From Candidatus Jordarchaeales archaeon (GTDB lineage Archaea; Asgardarchaeota; Jordiarchaeia; Jordiarchaeales; Freyrarchaeaceae), in the NCBI GenBank assembly GCA_038858525.1, contig JAWCFL010000050.1, forward strand, positions 1 to 11,246: a DNA stretch of 11,246 bases, given 5' to 3'. The notes under the pieces are model-generated. The model was given only the letters and a program-made list of their open reading frames with translations, did no database searches and had not been told where the DNA came from. A program made the position numbers and the translations under genes. How positions within the stretch are numbered: position 1 is the stretch's first letter; each line of letters opens with the position of its first letter. Positions 1 to 8,348 of the stretch are shown in pieces.

Positions 1-294
1 TTGAAGCTTGAGCCGGGCGCTAAGAAGGTTGCTCGTGGCGCGCTCTGGGTTGAGGAGAACGTTCCAGCTGACACCGTGTTCCACACTGTTTTCATGTATT
101 CTAGGCCGAGGGGTAAAGGTGCTGATGGGTTGAGTGATGCGGTGTCTGTTAGGGAGTTTGTTGAGGGGCACTTCGAGTCGAGGGGCTACTACTTGGTTAT
201 TGGTGGTAATGAGACTGTTGGGAGGGGGCTTGTAAAGCTGACTTTTATTGGAGGGGTGAAGGTTGGAGGTGGCCGTGTCGCAAAAAGCTCTTAA
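1..294 (+). CDS. cmr4: Type III-B RAMP backbone subunit Cmr4, C-terminal part only (gene begins upstream of the window)
   Basis: GALWVEENVPADTVF and IGGNETVGRGLV match the Cmr4 C-terminal GxLWxEExxP and GGxETxGxG motifs. It lies directly before cmr5. The TTG at position 1 is probably not the real start, and the catalytic Asp region is outside the window. Confidence 0.92.
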   Translation: MKLEPGAKKVARGALWVEENVPADTVFHTVFMYSRPRGKGADGLSDAVSVREFVEGHFESRGYYLVIGGNETVGRGLVKLTFIGGVKVGGGRVAKSS

Positions 295-781
295 GTACGC
301 TCTCGAGACGGCGTTTAGCCACCTTGAGAGTGTTGCTCGCGGTTTTAACAATGATGGCAGGGCGCTTGGCAGTAAGCTGAGGACTAGGTCTAGGAGCATG
401 CCGGCGTTGATGTTTGACACCGGGTTGCTTCCGACATTGACTTTCCTTTGGGCTAAGGCTGGGGATGAAACCTATAAGAAAGTTTACGGTTTGCTGGAGA
501 AGGAGGAGCAGCCGCAGGCGAAAGGGGAGTTGGGCGGTAAGGAGAAGAGGGCGCCGTCTCTAGAGGAGCTGAGCTACGCCCTATACCTTTACGGTGTGCT
601 GAAGTTTCTGTGTCACAATGGGATTCTGAGCACTGATAGTGTGGCTGACCCGAAAAGCGCCATCGAGTCGCTGGTTAGGAGCGGGATTAACAACGTTATG
701 GCTTCTCTCAGGTTGCTTGAGCCATACTTGGTAGAGTTGAAGAAGCTGTGTGAAGCAGCCTACGAGGAGGAGAAAGAGTGA
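263..781 (+). CDS. cmr5: Type III-B small subunit Cmr5 (Cas11)
   Basis: RSRSMPALMFDTGLLPTLTFLWAK matches the Cmr5 PxxIxxxGLxxxxxFxxxK signature. The protein is helical and 172 aa, between cmr4 and cmr1. The start is either TTG 263 or GTG 275 (after GGAGGTG at 265-271). Confidence 0.88.
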   Translation: MEVAVSQKALKYALETAFSHLESVARGFNNDGRALGSKLRTRSRSMPALMFDTGLLPTLTFLWAKAGDETYKKVYGLLEKEEQPQAKGELGGKEKRAPSLEELSYALYLYGVLKFLCHNGILSTDSVADPKSAIESLVRSGINNVMASLRLLEPYLVELKKLCEAAYEEEKE

Positions 782-2331
782 GCTTAAAGATTGATCAGCC
801 AAGGGGTTGCGCCGTCGACATTGGGAGGGCTGAGGGCGAGGTTTTATCGAAGGTTAAGGATAAGCTTCTGGCGGTTATAAGTTTTGAGAACGTTACTCCT
901 ACAATTATAGGGGGGTATAACGCTGCCGCTGCGTCGCTGAAGCTGGGAGTTGCTGAATCTGTTAGGCTTACTGAGGTGAAGGGGTTATGGAGGTGGTGGG
1001 CTAGAGCCCTCCTCCTTGGATGCAATGGAAGGCAAGGATGGGGGAACACTGAGGAGGTTTGGAGGAAGGTTGCCGACCTGCTTGGATCGACGGAAAAGCC
1101 GAGCAGGGTGAGTCTGAGGCTGGTCATGGAGACTAATACATGCAGCCTCTTCAAGGAGAGAAAGGATGGGTTATTGAAGGAGGCTGAGGATTACTCGCGC
1201 AGAAAAATCTCCAAATTAATTGAGAAGGTGAAAAAAGATAAAGGGCAAGGAGGCAGGGTTGCTTCGAAAGGTGCGGTTAATCGGTCAGCCGGAAAGGAGC
1301 TCTACGAGTTAGCTGAAAAGTTAGCTGAGAATATACCTCGCACTAAGATCATAGGGATGGGTGTCCCATACAATGAAGGCAAAATTAAGCGTATCATTAA
1401 AGATGGGAGGGTCGATGAGGTGATGATTGACAAAATGGCGAAGACGAATGCTAAGTATTTGGTGGACAAGTTCTTTGTGCTTAGTCCCGGGGAGCTTAGG
1501 GGGAGAATTGAAGTTTATGATGATCTTCGGGGTAAGGTTGGTCTTAACGACAACGAGCAGGGTTTTCTCGTCGGGTCGCTACTTGTCGCGTTGGTTTTCG
1601 GCGGGTTGGGTGCGATAACTTCGAGGGGCTTCGGCGCCGTCCGCCTATCGGTTTCAGCTGGAAAGGAGTCGGTTAGAAAGTTCGAGGAACTAGTGAAAAA
1701 GATTTTTTCAGGGGAGAATGTCGAGGAGAACCTGAAGAAATTGGTGGACCTCGCTCTTGAGTATGGAAGAAGGCTGGTGAAGGTTACAGGTAAAGGTCGT
1801 GAGTTTTCTATTCCTAGTTATCCTACAGTGGACCTAGATGGTGGAGCTTTCAGGTTTGATGTTGTCGGGGTGAAAGCCAGAGACAGCCTCGAGCTTCTCG
1901 AAAAAATCGGGAATGCCACGTTGAAAAGCAAGTGGAAGGAACTTAAGAATTACTCTGTGATGAGGAGCGGCGCCACTCTCCACACGTGGATATTAGGGTT
2001 GCCGAGAACGCAGCAAAAAAAGGGGTATTACTACGAGTATAAGGTAGACGAGAGTAGGAGGAGAAGCGCGATTCATATACGTCCATTGATTCCTCCGAGG
2101 AGAGGGGAGGAGAAATGGGTTGTTGTATTGTACGGGTTCATCTCCATGGACTGGGACGTTGACATGTTAATTCATCATGGTAAAGTAAGTAAAAAGGTGA
2201 TGGAGTATGATGTTGAGACAGTGAATTCAAGGGTTTCGACTGGTAGGAGCGGCTCGAGGGAGGATTTCATTAGAGACGTCTTCGATGCTGCTTTCGGCTT
2301 CGTTAAAAAGAGTATTCTGGGGAGAGGATGA
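778..2331 (+). CDS. cmr1: Type III-B RAMP protein Cmr1
   Basis: Carries VTPTIIGGYN, VRLTEVKGLWRWWARAL, the G-rich loop FGGLGAITSRGFG and a C-terminal ILGLPR...RRRSAIHI. The GTG start overlaps the cmr5 stop (GTGA). Confidence 0.92.
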   Translation: MSLKIDQPRGCAVDIGRAEGEVLSKVKDKLLAVISFENVTPTIIGGYNAAAASLKLGVAESVRLTEVKGLWRWWARALLLGCNGRQGWGNTEEVWRKVADLLGSTEKPSRVSLRLVMETNTCSLFKERKDGLLKEAEDYSRRKISKLIEKVKKDKGQGGRVASKGAVNRSAGKELYELAEKLAENIPRTKIIGMGVPYNEGKIKRIIKDGRVDEVMIDKMAKTNAKYLVDKFFVLSPGELRGRIEVYDDLRGKVGLNDNEQGFLVGSLLVALVFGGLGAITSRGFGAVRLSVSAGKESVRKFEELVKKIFSGENVEENLKKLVDLALEYGRRLVKVTGKGREFSIPSYPTVDLDGGAFRFDVVGVKARDSLELLEKIGNATLKSKWKELKNYSVMRSGATLHTWILGLPRTQQKKGYYYEYKVDESRRRSAIHIRPLIPPRRGEEKWVVVLYGFISMDWDVDMLIHHGKVSKKVMEYDVETVNSRVSTGRSGSREDFIRDVFDAAFGFVKKSILGRG

Positions 2332-3195
2332 GTGTTGCCGAGTAGTGATATGTCTGCTGAAGTACGCGACGTGGCTAAACTTGTAAATAACGTTAAGAGT
2401 GAGGAGGCAAACCTATGGTCGTTTATGGTTTTATGTTTCCTAAACGCGAACCTGGATGGCGTGATGAGTGCGAGGAAGGGTGGGCAGGGGCAGGATGAGT
2501 CGAGCGGCGAGGAGTGGAAGCGCAGGCTTGTAGAGCAAATGTGCTTGGCTTCCAAGATGTGTGCGGCATCCTCGCTCGAGCGGGCTAAGAAGCTTTCCAA
2601 AGCAGCATCTGAAGGATACATGCGCCTAGGATACCACGTTTTATCAGTTGACGCCGAACTCATTGGGAGAGGACTATTCTCCGCTAGCTCCTCTTTCGGG
2701 CACGTCGCGTTCGAAGTTGGATTATCATTTGACTGGCTCCTGAATCTTCCATTCGTGGCTGGCTCAAGCTTTAAGGGAGCCGTTAGGTCTGCCTGGCGCG
2801 CCCTCAACTATGATGGTGAGAGTGAGGCTTTCGGCGGCGAGCAAGTTGGCTCCATAGTTTTCATGGACGCTTATCCTGTTCAGGCTGGCCTTGAAGGCTA
2901 CATATTATACCCTGACGTTTTAACCCCTCACTACTCAAGGGAGGGGAGGGACGTGTTCGATGAGACTGAGGCTTGCCCGGTTCCAGTGGTTTACTTGACG
3001 GTCGCTCCCGGTGTGGTTTTCAGGTTTCAGGTTGCCGTGAGAAAGGAGAAAACCGTTGACCTAGGGAAGCTACTTAAGAGCGTGCTCTACGCGTTCAAGA
3101 TGGGGTTAGGGGCGAAGACCTCTGCCGGGTACGGAGTGTTTCAGGCGAAGCACGACGCGTTTAAGGTCCTAGTTGCAGGAGGAGTGAAGAAGTGA
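2332..3195 (+). CDS. cmr6: Type III-B RAMP protein Cmr6
   Basis: EVGLSFDWLLNLPFVAGSSFKGAVR, GSIVFMDAYP, PDVLTPHY, PVPVVYLTV and GLGAKTSAGYG are the classic Cmr6 motifs. It abuts the cmr1 stop. The start could instead be ATG 2350. Confidence 0.93.
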   Translation: MLPSSDMSAEVRDVAKLVNNVKSEEANLWSFMVLCFLNANLDGVMSARKGGQGQDESSGEEWKRRLVEQMCLASKMCAASSLERAKKLSKAASEGYMRLGYHVLSVDAELIGRGLFSASSSFGHVAFEVGLSFDWLLNLPFVAGSSFKGAVRSAWRALNYDGESEAFGGEQVGSIVFMDAYPVQAGLEGYILYPDVLTPHYSREGRDVFDETEACPVPVVYLTVAPGVVFRFQVAVRKEKTVDLGKLLKSVLYAFKMGLGAKTSAGYGVFQAKHDAFKVLVAGGVKK

Positions 3196-6100
3196 GCATG
3201 GTTGAAGGTTTCTTCAAGGCGAAGATACTGGCGCTGCTTCACGACCCACCCAATAAGCCATGGATAATATCTGTCAAGTGCGAGGCGCACAGCTTCGATG
3301 AAAAAGTGTTTAGGGAGAAACATGAGCAGGAGGCAGCTTGGCTCGTCGAGAATGTCCTGGGCAGAGAGATGCTCGAGTTCATGAAGGGAGAGGACTTCGG
3401 TAGGATTTATAGGGAAGCAGACCGCATGGCTGCAAGCGTCGACAGGTGGCTGCTCAGCGCCATGATTGGAGGCGAAGCAAGGTACCCCGTCCGGAAAGTG
3501 GAGATCAAGAACATTTTTAATCCAAGCCTGTCCTTTAAGCCGAAGGCGAATGTTGACGTTAAAGGCATGGAGAAGTACGCGGCTAGGTTGAAGTCGCTGG
3601 TGGACGTTGCCTCGGGGGGCGGCGAAGTGGACCTTCGGCTTCTCTACCACCTTCTCTACTCGTTTATTGAGCCCTACTTTTACAGCGTTTTCGGTGAGGC
3701 GGTTGGTCCAGCTGACACAAGAACACCATCGCACTCGATCTTCGACCACCTTGCAGCCACGGCGATGATGGCAAACTGGGTTTATGGGGGGAATGATATT
3801 GAGGGATACATGGTCGGAGTCGACTTGGCGGGTGTTCAAGGCTTCATAGCGGGTTCAAGGAAGCTTCGAGACTTGTGGGTTTCAAGCTGGATCGCCTCAG
3901 CCCTAGCGTGGTCCTCCGTTAAGAGGCTTGTGGAGGAGCTTGGGCCAGATATACTGATCCTGCCGTCGGCGAGAAATAACCCCTTCTACTTCCACCAGCT
4001 CCTATTAATGGTGAAGGGCAAGAGTAGCCAGAAAATGGATGAGCTGTTGAAGCTGGAAAAATGGTTCGGCTACAACCATGAGGAGGGGCCAGTCTACGCG
4101 GTGGTGCCCGTGACGATCGATTTGGCTCTCCCCAGGGATATGGTCCTCAGGGAACTTAAGATCGTGAATGGTGAGGGCGGCGTTAAGGACAAGATAGTAG
4201 AAGGGATAAAGGACAGCTACGTTGAAGCGTGGAGTAGACTATTCGGAAAGGTTAAGGAGGAGGTTCTAGGCGACCTTAAAGATGACGGGGGAAGGCTCTA
4301 TGTGAAGGTGAGAGAGGCCTTCGACGAGGCGGAGAAGCTTGGAGTTCACCGTCTGCCACCGCTAATGCTTAGAGTCGGAGTGGTCAGCGTAGCCGAGGAA
4401 GTCGGAGAGAGCGAGAGGAGCAAGCCGGTCATGTACCATCGGATCTTCAGGAGGCTAGTCGACGTGATGAGGGCGCTTTCAAGCGTCAGAGTTGACCCGG
4501 CGGTTTACCTTAAGCTCACCGGGTGGACGATGAATAAGTGCGGTGAGGGCGGCTACGGCGAGTGCACGGTTTGCGGAAGGCTCCCAGCGGTGCTTGAGTT
4601 GAACAGGAGCGAGTATGAAGAAACCGTCCCACCAAAGTGGAGGGTTTACTTTGACCCTGGAGAAAAGCTTTGCGGTTACTGCCTAGTGAAGAGGTGCGCC
4701 GCCATAAAGTTCGAGGCGGCGGTGGATGCACTGCTCGGAAAAGTTGGCAAGATAAAAACTCCAGACTTCACTTCGACTTCAGACCTTGCATTAAAAACCT
4801 TCAAGGAACAATTAGTTAACCTCGTGGCTGAAAGGAGGATTAGCGCAGATGAGAAATTTATGAGGGCGCTCAAAGAGTGCGTCGACGCCTCGATGAGGGG
4901 AGTTGCAAGCAACAGGGAAGAGGCGATCCAGATCCCACTCATAGTCTCACGACGCGAGCAGTTCCGCGACTATTACGAGAATAAAATTACAGATAAAAAC
5001 CTCTTTGAAGAGATAAGCATGCTGTATGCTCTCCCTTCAGGGTCCATGATAAGGTGGGCCAGGAGGGAGCTGAGGAACATAGTGAAGGCTGTTCGCAGCC
5101 TCGAAGAAGGGGAGCTGACCGTTTACTACGCAGTAGTCAAAGCTGACGGGGACAACATGGGGAAGCTCCTAGAAGGATGCGTTCCCGTCCTCCTCGACGT
5201 CGACGAGGGGGAATATAGCTTCGCGAAGGCGGTCGCCCAGTATCTTTCAAAGTTAATTTCGGAGGAGACGCTTGCTCGAAGGGTTGAAGAGGTCTTCGTT
5301 GCTGTTGCCATGGGGAAAGGAGAGGAGGAACTCGCGGAGAAGATGAGGGAGATACGAGGCAGCGTGGTGTCTAGTGAAGAAGCGAAGGAAATTTATAGTG
5401 TTTTTAGTATGATCCTTAACGATAAGGGATTAGTTCTCTCGCCCACATACCACGTGACGCTATCCAGGGCATTAATGGTTTCAGCGATCAAAGACAAGGA
5501 GAACGTTAGGAGGCTCGGCGGCGTCACAGTGTACGCTGGGGGAGACGACCTCCTAGCTGTGATTCCAGCCAGGGAAGGTTTGAGGCTCGCGTCCGAGACT
5601 AGGAAGGACTTTGAAGGCGACGTGAAAGGTTTCCATAAATGGGAGAGCGGACTAGTCCCCGCTCTGTCTGGAATAGGGAAGTCCTACTCGGTGGTCTTCG
5701 CCCACCACATGCACCCCCTATACTCCGTCATAAAGGCTGCGCACAACTACATGGAGGAATACTCGAAGAAGACGGTGTGGGTGGAAGCGTCCAACGCTAC
5801 TGGGAGAAAGACGAAGAAGGACACGTGCACTGTGGTCTTCCTTTCGAGAGGATCAGAGGAAGGCGATGAAGCACAGTTGTCACTACGCTTCAAAAGGCAC
5901 GGGTGGACACTGGACAAGGCTGCAGAGATGGCGGAGAGAATAGTGAAGGGAGACTTCTCACACTCTCTGCTAAGAGACCTGCTTGACGAAGAAAACGCTA
6001 GGGCAGTAAAGTTTCTGGCGAGGAAAAAACCGGAAGCGGCGAGCCTCGTCATTGAAAGAATAGCGAAACGGAACTTCACCGAAAAACGTGAGAAGACCGA

Positions 6101-6257
6101 CGAAAAGCTTAACAAGGTCATAACTACACTCACCGAAGCCCTAGGGGTCATGCTTAAGCGGGAGGATGAAGTTGGGAGCGAGCTAATGGGCGAACCCCTA
6201 TCGCTCATGATAGCTCGTTCAGCCTCACTATATCTAAATGCGAGGTTCAGGTGGTAA
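3192..6257 (+). CDS. cas10: Cas10/Cmr2 large subunit of the type III-B complex (HD-type N-terminus, two Palm domains, Zn-binding Cys cluster)
   Basis: Motifs: LLHDPPNK (HD codons 3240-3245), PADTRTPSHSIFDH, Palm1 DLAGVQGFIAGSRKLRDLW, CTVCG...LCGYCLVKR, YYAVVKADGDNMGKLL and YAGGDDLLA (GGDD codons 5538-5549). GTGA overlap with the cmr6 stop. Confidence 0.97.
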   Translation: MSMVEGFFKAKILALLHDPPNKPWIISVKCEAHSFDEKVFREKHEQEAAWLVENVLGREMLEFMKGEDFGRIYREADRMAASVDRWLLSAMIGGEARYPVRKVEIKNIFNPSLSFKPKANVDVKGMEKYAARLKSLVDVASGGGEVDLRLLYHLLYSFIEPYFYSVFGEAVGPADTRTPSHSIFDHLAATAMMANWVYGGNDIEGYMVGVDLAGVQGFIAGSRKLRDLWVSSWIASALAWSSVKRLVEELGPDILILPSARNNPFYFHQLLLMVKGKSSQKMDELLKLEKWFGYNHEEGPVYAVVPVTIDLALPRDMVLRELKIVNGEGGVKDKIVEGIKDSYVEAWSRLFGKVKEEVLGDLKDDGGRLYVKVREAFDEAEKLGVHRLPPLMLRVGVVSVAEEVGESERSKPVMYHRIFRRLVDVMRALSSVRVDPAVYLKLTGWTMNKCGEGGYGECTVCGRLPAVLELNRSEYEETVPPKWRVYFDPGEKLCGYCLVKRCAAIKFEAAVDALLGKVGKIKTPDFTSTSDLALKTFKEQLVNLVAERRISADEKFMRALKECVDASMRGVASNREEAIQIPLIVSRREQFRDYYENKITDKNLFEEISMLYALPSGSMIRWARRELRNIVKAVRSLEEGELTVYYAVVKADGDNMGKLLEGCVPVLLDVDEGEYSFAKAVAQYLSKLISEETLARRVEEVFVAVAMGKGEEELAEKMREIRGSVVSSEEAKEIYSVFSMILNDKGLVLSPTYHVTLSRALMVSAIKDKENVRRLGGVTVYAGGDDLLAVIPAREGLRLASETRKDFEGDVKGFHKWESGLVPALSGIGKSYSVVFAHHMHPLYSVIKAAHNYMEEYSKKTVWVEASNATGRKTKKDTCTVVFLSRGSEEGDEAQLSLRFKRHGWTLDKAAEMAERIVKGDFSHSLLRDLLDEENARAVKFLARKKPEAASLVIERIAKRNFTEKREKTDEKLNKVITTLTEALGVMLKREDEVGSELMGEPLSLMIARSASLYLNARFRW

Positions 6258-7378
6258 GTGTGGAGGAGAAATCAATTGTAACCCTGGCCTTCAAAGTGGT
6301 CGAACCAATGATGTTCCGGGGGTCGGGGGAGTTCATCCCCGAGGCGCGCGGGCCACAGTCGGCGGCGAGGAGCCAAGTTGCTCCTTCACCCTCAACCTTC
6401 TCCGGAACGCTGGCGACAGCTCTCATCGACGCAGGCATCGCAGCCAGCCCGAAGCCGGATGAGTGGCATAGAGAAACTGGAAGCGTTTTGAGAAGCGCCG
6501 GAATAAGATCCGTGAGGGGACCATACATCATAGCTAAGACGGGCGGAAGAGAAGATGTGCTCGTTCAGCACTTCGACAGCCTCGTTCCTATTAACGAACT
6601 CTACGAGAAGAGTGAGCTTCTAAAGGACGGATGGAACGGGGAAAATGGTGGACTCACGCTGGTGACCCCAAAGTTCACGTCGAAGGTTGGAATCGGATTA
6701 AGCCACTCTGAAAAAGCCGCCAAGGAAGGACTAATATACACCGCGACGATGGTGGACTACTCCGTGCTCAGAAAAACCATCCAGGAAGGTGGGGGGGTGC
6801 TGAGAGTAGAAGAAGTCCACCCGGAGGAGGTACTCATTGCAGCAGACCTCGAACTCGAAAACAAAGAAGCAACTGAAAACATAGGCAAACTCTCAAACAG
6901 GTTGACCAAAATGGGCGGAGAAGGAAGAGCAGTAGTCGTTAAAATAAGAAGAGAAAGGGGGGAGCTAACACGGAAAGTAACAGAAGAAGTAGGCAGGACG
7001 CCAGACGACTGGAGGGGGGAAGCCGCAGTGTACATCGCGACTCAACTAATAACTGAAAGCCCGCCGGCAGACCCGGAAAAATGGAGGCACGTGGAGGGAG
7101 GCTACGTATACCCCCAACCTCCGCAGGTAAGCCCCGAAACGAGCCTCAAATGGATTAAGGTCAAAGCGGAGCCTCTAGGTGCAGGATACAGAGCAAGAAA
7201 AGCAACCAGAAAACCAGCATACTCAACAATACTCCCCGGCTCAACGCTACTACTCACAAACGCAACGAAAAACCAACTAAGAAATACCTTCAAAGAGCCA
7301 CAAAAATTAATACCAAAAGCGATAGCCACAGAAATAGGGTACGCAACGATAATACCAATACCAATACTAAAAAGGTAA
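6251..7378 (+). CDS. cmr3: Type III-B RAMP protein Cmr3 (Cas5 family)
   Basis: VEPMMFRGSGEF, ARSQVAPSPSTFSGTL, KMGGEGRAVVV, LGAGY...RKPAYSTILPGS and IGYATII match Cmr3. It overlaps the cas10 stop. An alternative GTG start is at 6260. Confidence 0.9.
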   Translation: MVSVEEKSIVTLAFKVVEPMMFRGSGEFIPEARGPQSAARSQVAPSPSTFSGTLATALIDAGIAASPKPDEWHRETGSVLRSAGIRSVRGPYIIAKTGGREDVLVQHFDSLVPINELYEKSELLKDGWNGENGGLTLVTPKFTSKVGIGLSHSEKAAKEGLIYTATMVDYSVLRKTIQEGGGVLRVEEVHPEEVLIAADLELENKEATENIGKLSNRLTKMGGEGRAVVVKIRRERGELTRKVTEEVGRTPDDWRGEAAVYIATQLITESPPADPEKWRHVEGGYVYPQPPQVSPETSLKWIKVKAEPLGAGYRARKATRKPAYSTILPGSTLLLTNATKNQLRNTFKEPQKLIPKAIATEIGYATIIPIPILKR

Positions 7379-7515
7379 AAAGAAAAGGGGGGAAGAGAAG
7401 GCAAAAAAGCCGCCCGAAACCAGCCAGCACCGACAACCAACGGGGGCCGAAAACAGAGCACACCCAACCAAACACCGCCAGCCGCAAACCTGCGGCATAA
7501 AAACACTTCCACCTT

Positions 7516-7522
7516 AAAAAAA
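7516..7522 (-). terminator. Possible archaeal oligo-U terminator tract for the cas1-cas2-csx3 transcript (one of several T-runs on the minus strand in 7379-7600)
   Basis: A7 run on + (T7 on minus) about 130 nt downstream of the csx3 stop. The region is so skewed that T-runs are expected by chance, so support is weak. Confidence 0.25.
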
Positions 7523-7541
7523 GACAAAGACGGAAGAAGGG

Positions 7542-7573
7542 GGAACGAAGCACAAGCACAAGGAACGAAGCAC
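7542..7573. repeat. 12-bp direct repeat GGAACGAAGCAC, two copies (7542-7553 and 7562-7573)
   Basis: Read directly from the sequence. 20-bp period, in the cmr3/csx3 intergenic region. Confidence 0.8.
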
Positions 7574-7650
7574 CGAGCAGCCAAGCAATGATCACGAAAA
7601 CGCGCGTGTCACCTGGAGGATGTTGGCGGCATCCGCATAGTCGCCGTTTC

Positions 7651-7935
7651 TCAGGTTTTAAGCTCAATGACGTCGCCGGGTCTCGGTGTTTTCGTGTGGC
7701 TTACGGTCACCACCGCTCCTATGCGCGGGTCAAACGTCGCCACCCAAGCCACGTGGTGGTAGTAATGCGTCAGATAGCTGTAAAGCCACACGGGACCGCG
7801 CCCGCTCAAGACCACCCCTTTCTTCGGGTTCACGCTTGGCGGCTCTAGAGTTTTAAGTTCTGGCGGCTCTATTACGTCAACCTTGAACTCAACTATTGTA
7901 TATTCTTCTCTTTCTTCCTGCTTGAAGTTGATCAT
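7651..7935 (-). CDS. csx3: Csx3 (Crn3) cA4 ring nuclease
   Basis: KGVVLSGRGPVWLYSYLTHYYHH...ATFDPRIGAVVTVSH...GDVI closely matches the Archaeoglobus fulgidus Csx3 pattern (GVVISGRGPIWL...H...DPRLGAVVV.SH). The ORF track starts at GTG 7944, but ATG 7935 preceded by AAGGTG (6-nt spacing) is the likelier start. Confidence 0.92.
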   Translation of the reverse strand: MINFKQEEREEYTIVEFKVDVIEPPELKTLEPPSVNPKKGVVLSGRGPVWLYSYLTHYYHHVAWVATFDPRIGAVVTVSHTKTPRPGDVIELKT

Positions 7936-7986
7936 TTTAGGCACCTTTACTGGGGGTAAGGATTGGTCAATATGGTTTCATTATCA

Positions 7987-8000
7987 GTATAAAACGTTTT
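7987..8000 (-). promoter_or_regulatory. Putative internal TATA box for csx3 (TTTTATAC on minus, 7994-7987) overlapped by the palindrome AAAACGTTTT (7991-8000)
   Basis: AT-rich island in the 113-122 nt cas2-csx3 gap, about 50 nt upstream of the csx3 start. Motif match only. Confidence 0.45.
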
Positions 8001-8057
8001 TGGTCTCGCTGTCAACACCACCAACCGGTAGGTCTTTCGGTCTGCTCGTTCTGGCCA

Positions 8058-8348
8058 CTATATGATTCTCGGCGGCTTCCACTCTGTGAGGTCTCTTCTC
8101 CTAGTCGTTATGTGCGTTATCTCTGTGTAGCATCGCTTGCAGGGCCTCAGTATCCTTATATCCCCTGTCCCCTTTCGGAGTATTCTTCGCAGAACCCCGG
8201 CGACCTCTTCTAGGAGGTCTTGTTCCAGCTCGAGCTCGAAGACGCTGTACTGGAGCCACCTTCCACCCATGTTCTTAAGGTAATCTCTGACTTCGTCCCT
8301 AACCTCGTCTTCACTTATGTCGTAGACGATGAGCACTTTTTCCTTCAA
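8058..8348 (-). CDS. cas2: CRISPR-associated Cas2
   Basis: VLIVYDISED (conserved YD), WLQYSVFE, and DIRILRPCKRC C-terminus; 96 aa. The TTG start overlaps the upstream stop (TTGA). Confidence 0.96.
   Translation of the reverse strand: MKEKVLIVYDISEDEVRDEVRDYLKNMGGRWLQYSVFELELEQDLLEEVAGVLRRILRKGTGDIRILRPCKRCYTEITHITTRRRDLTEWKPPRII

Noticed and set aside
7102-7667. Hydrophobic minus-strand ORFs (7290-7667, 125 aa; 7102-7584, 160 aa) just downstream of csx3 that look like membrane effectors
   Set aside because: The minus strand here has about 3% A, so stop codons are rare and F/L/V codons dominate by composition. Both ORFs overlap cmr3 antisense and have no recognisable motif.
8120-8145. CxxC (CKRC) near the Cas2 C-terminus as a possible novel metal site
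   Set aside because: A C-terminal CxxC is common in many Cas2 families.
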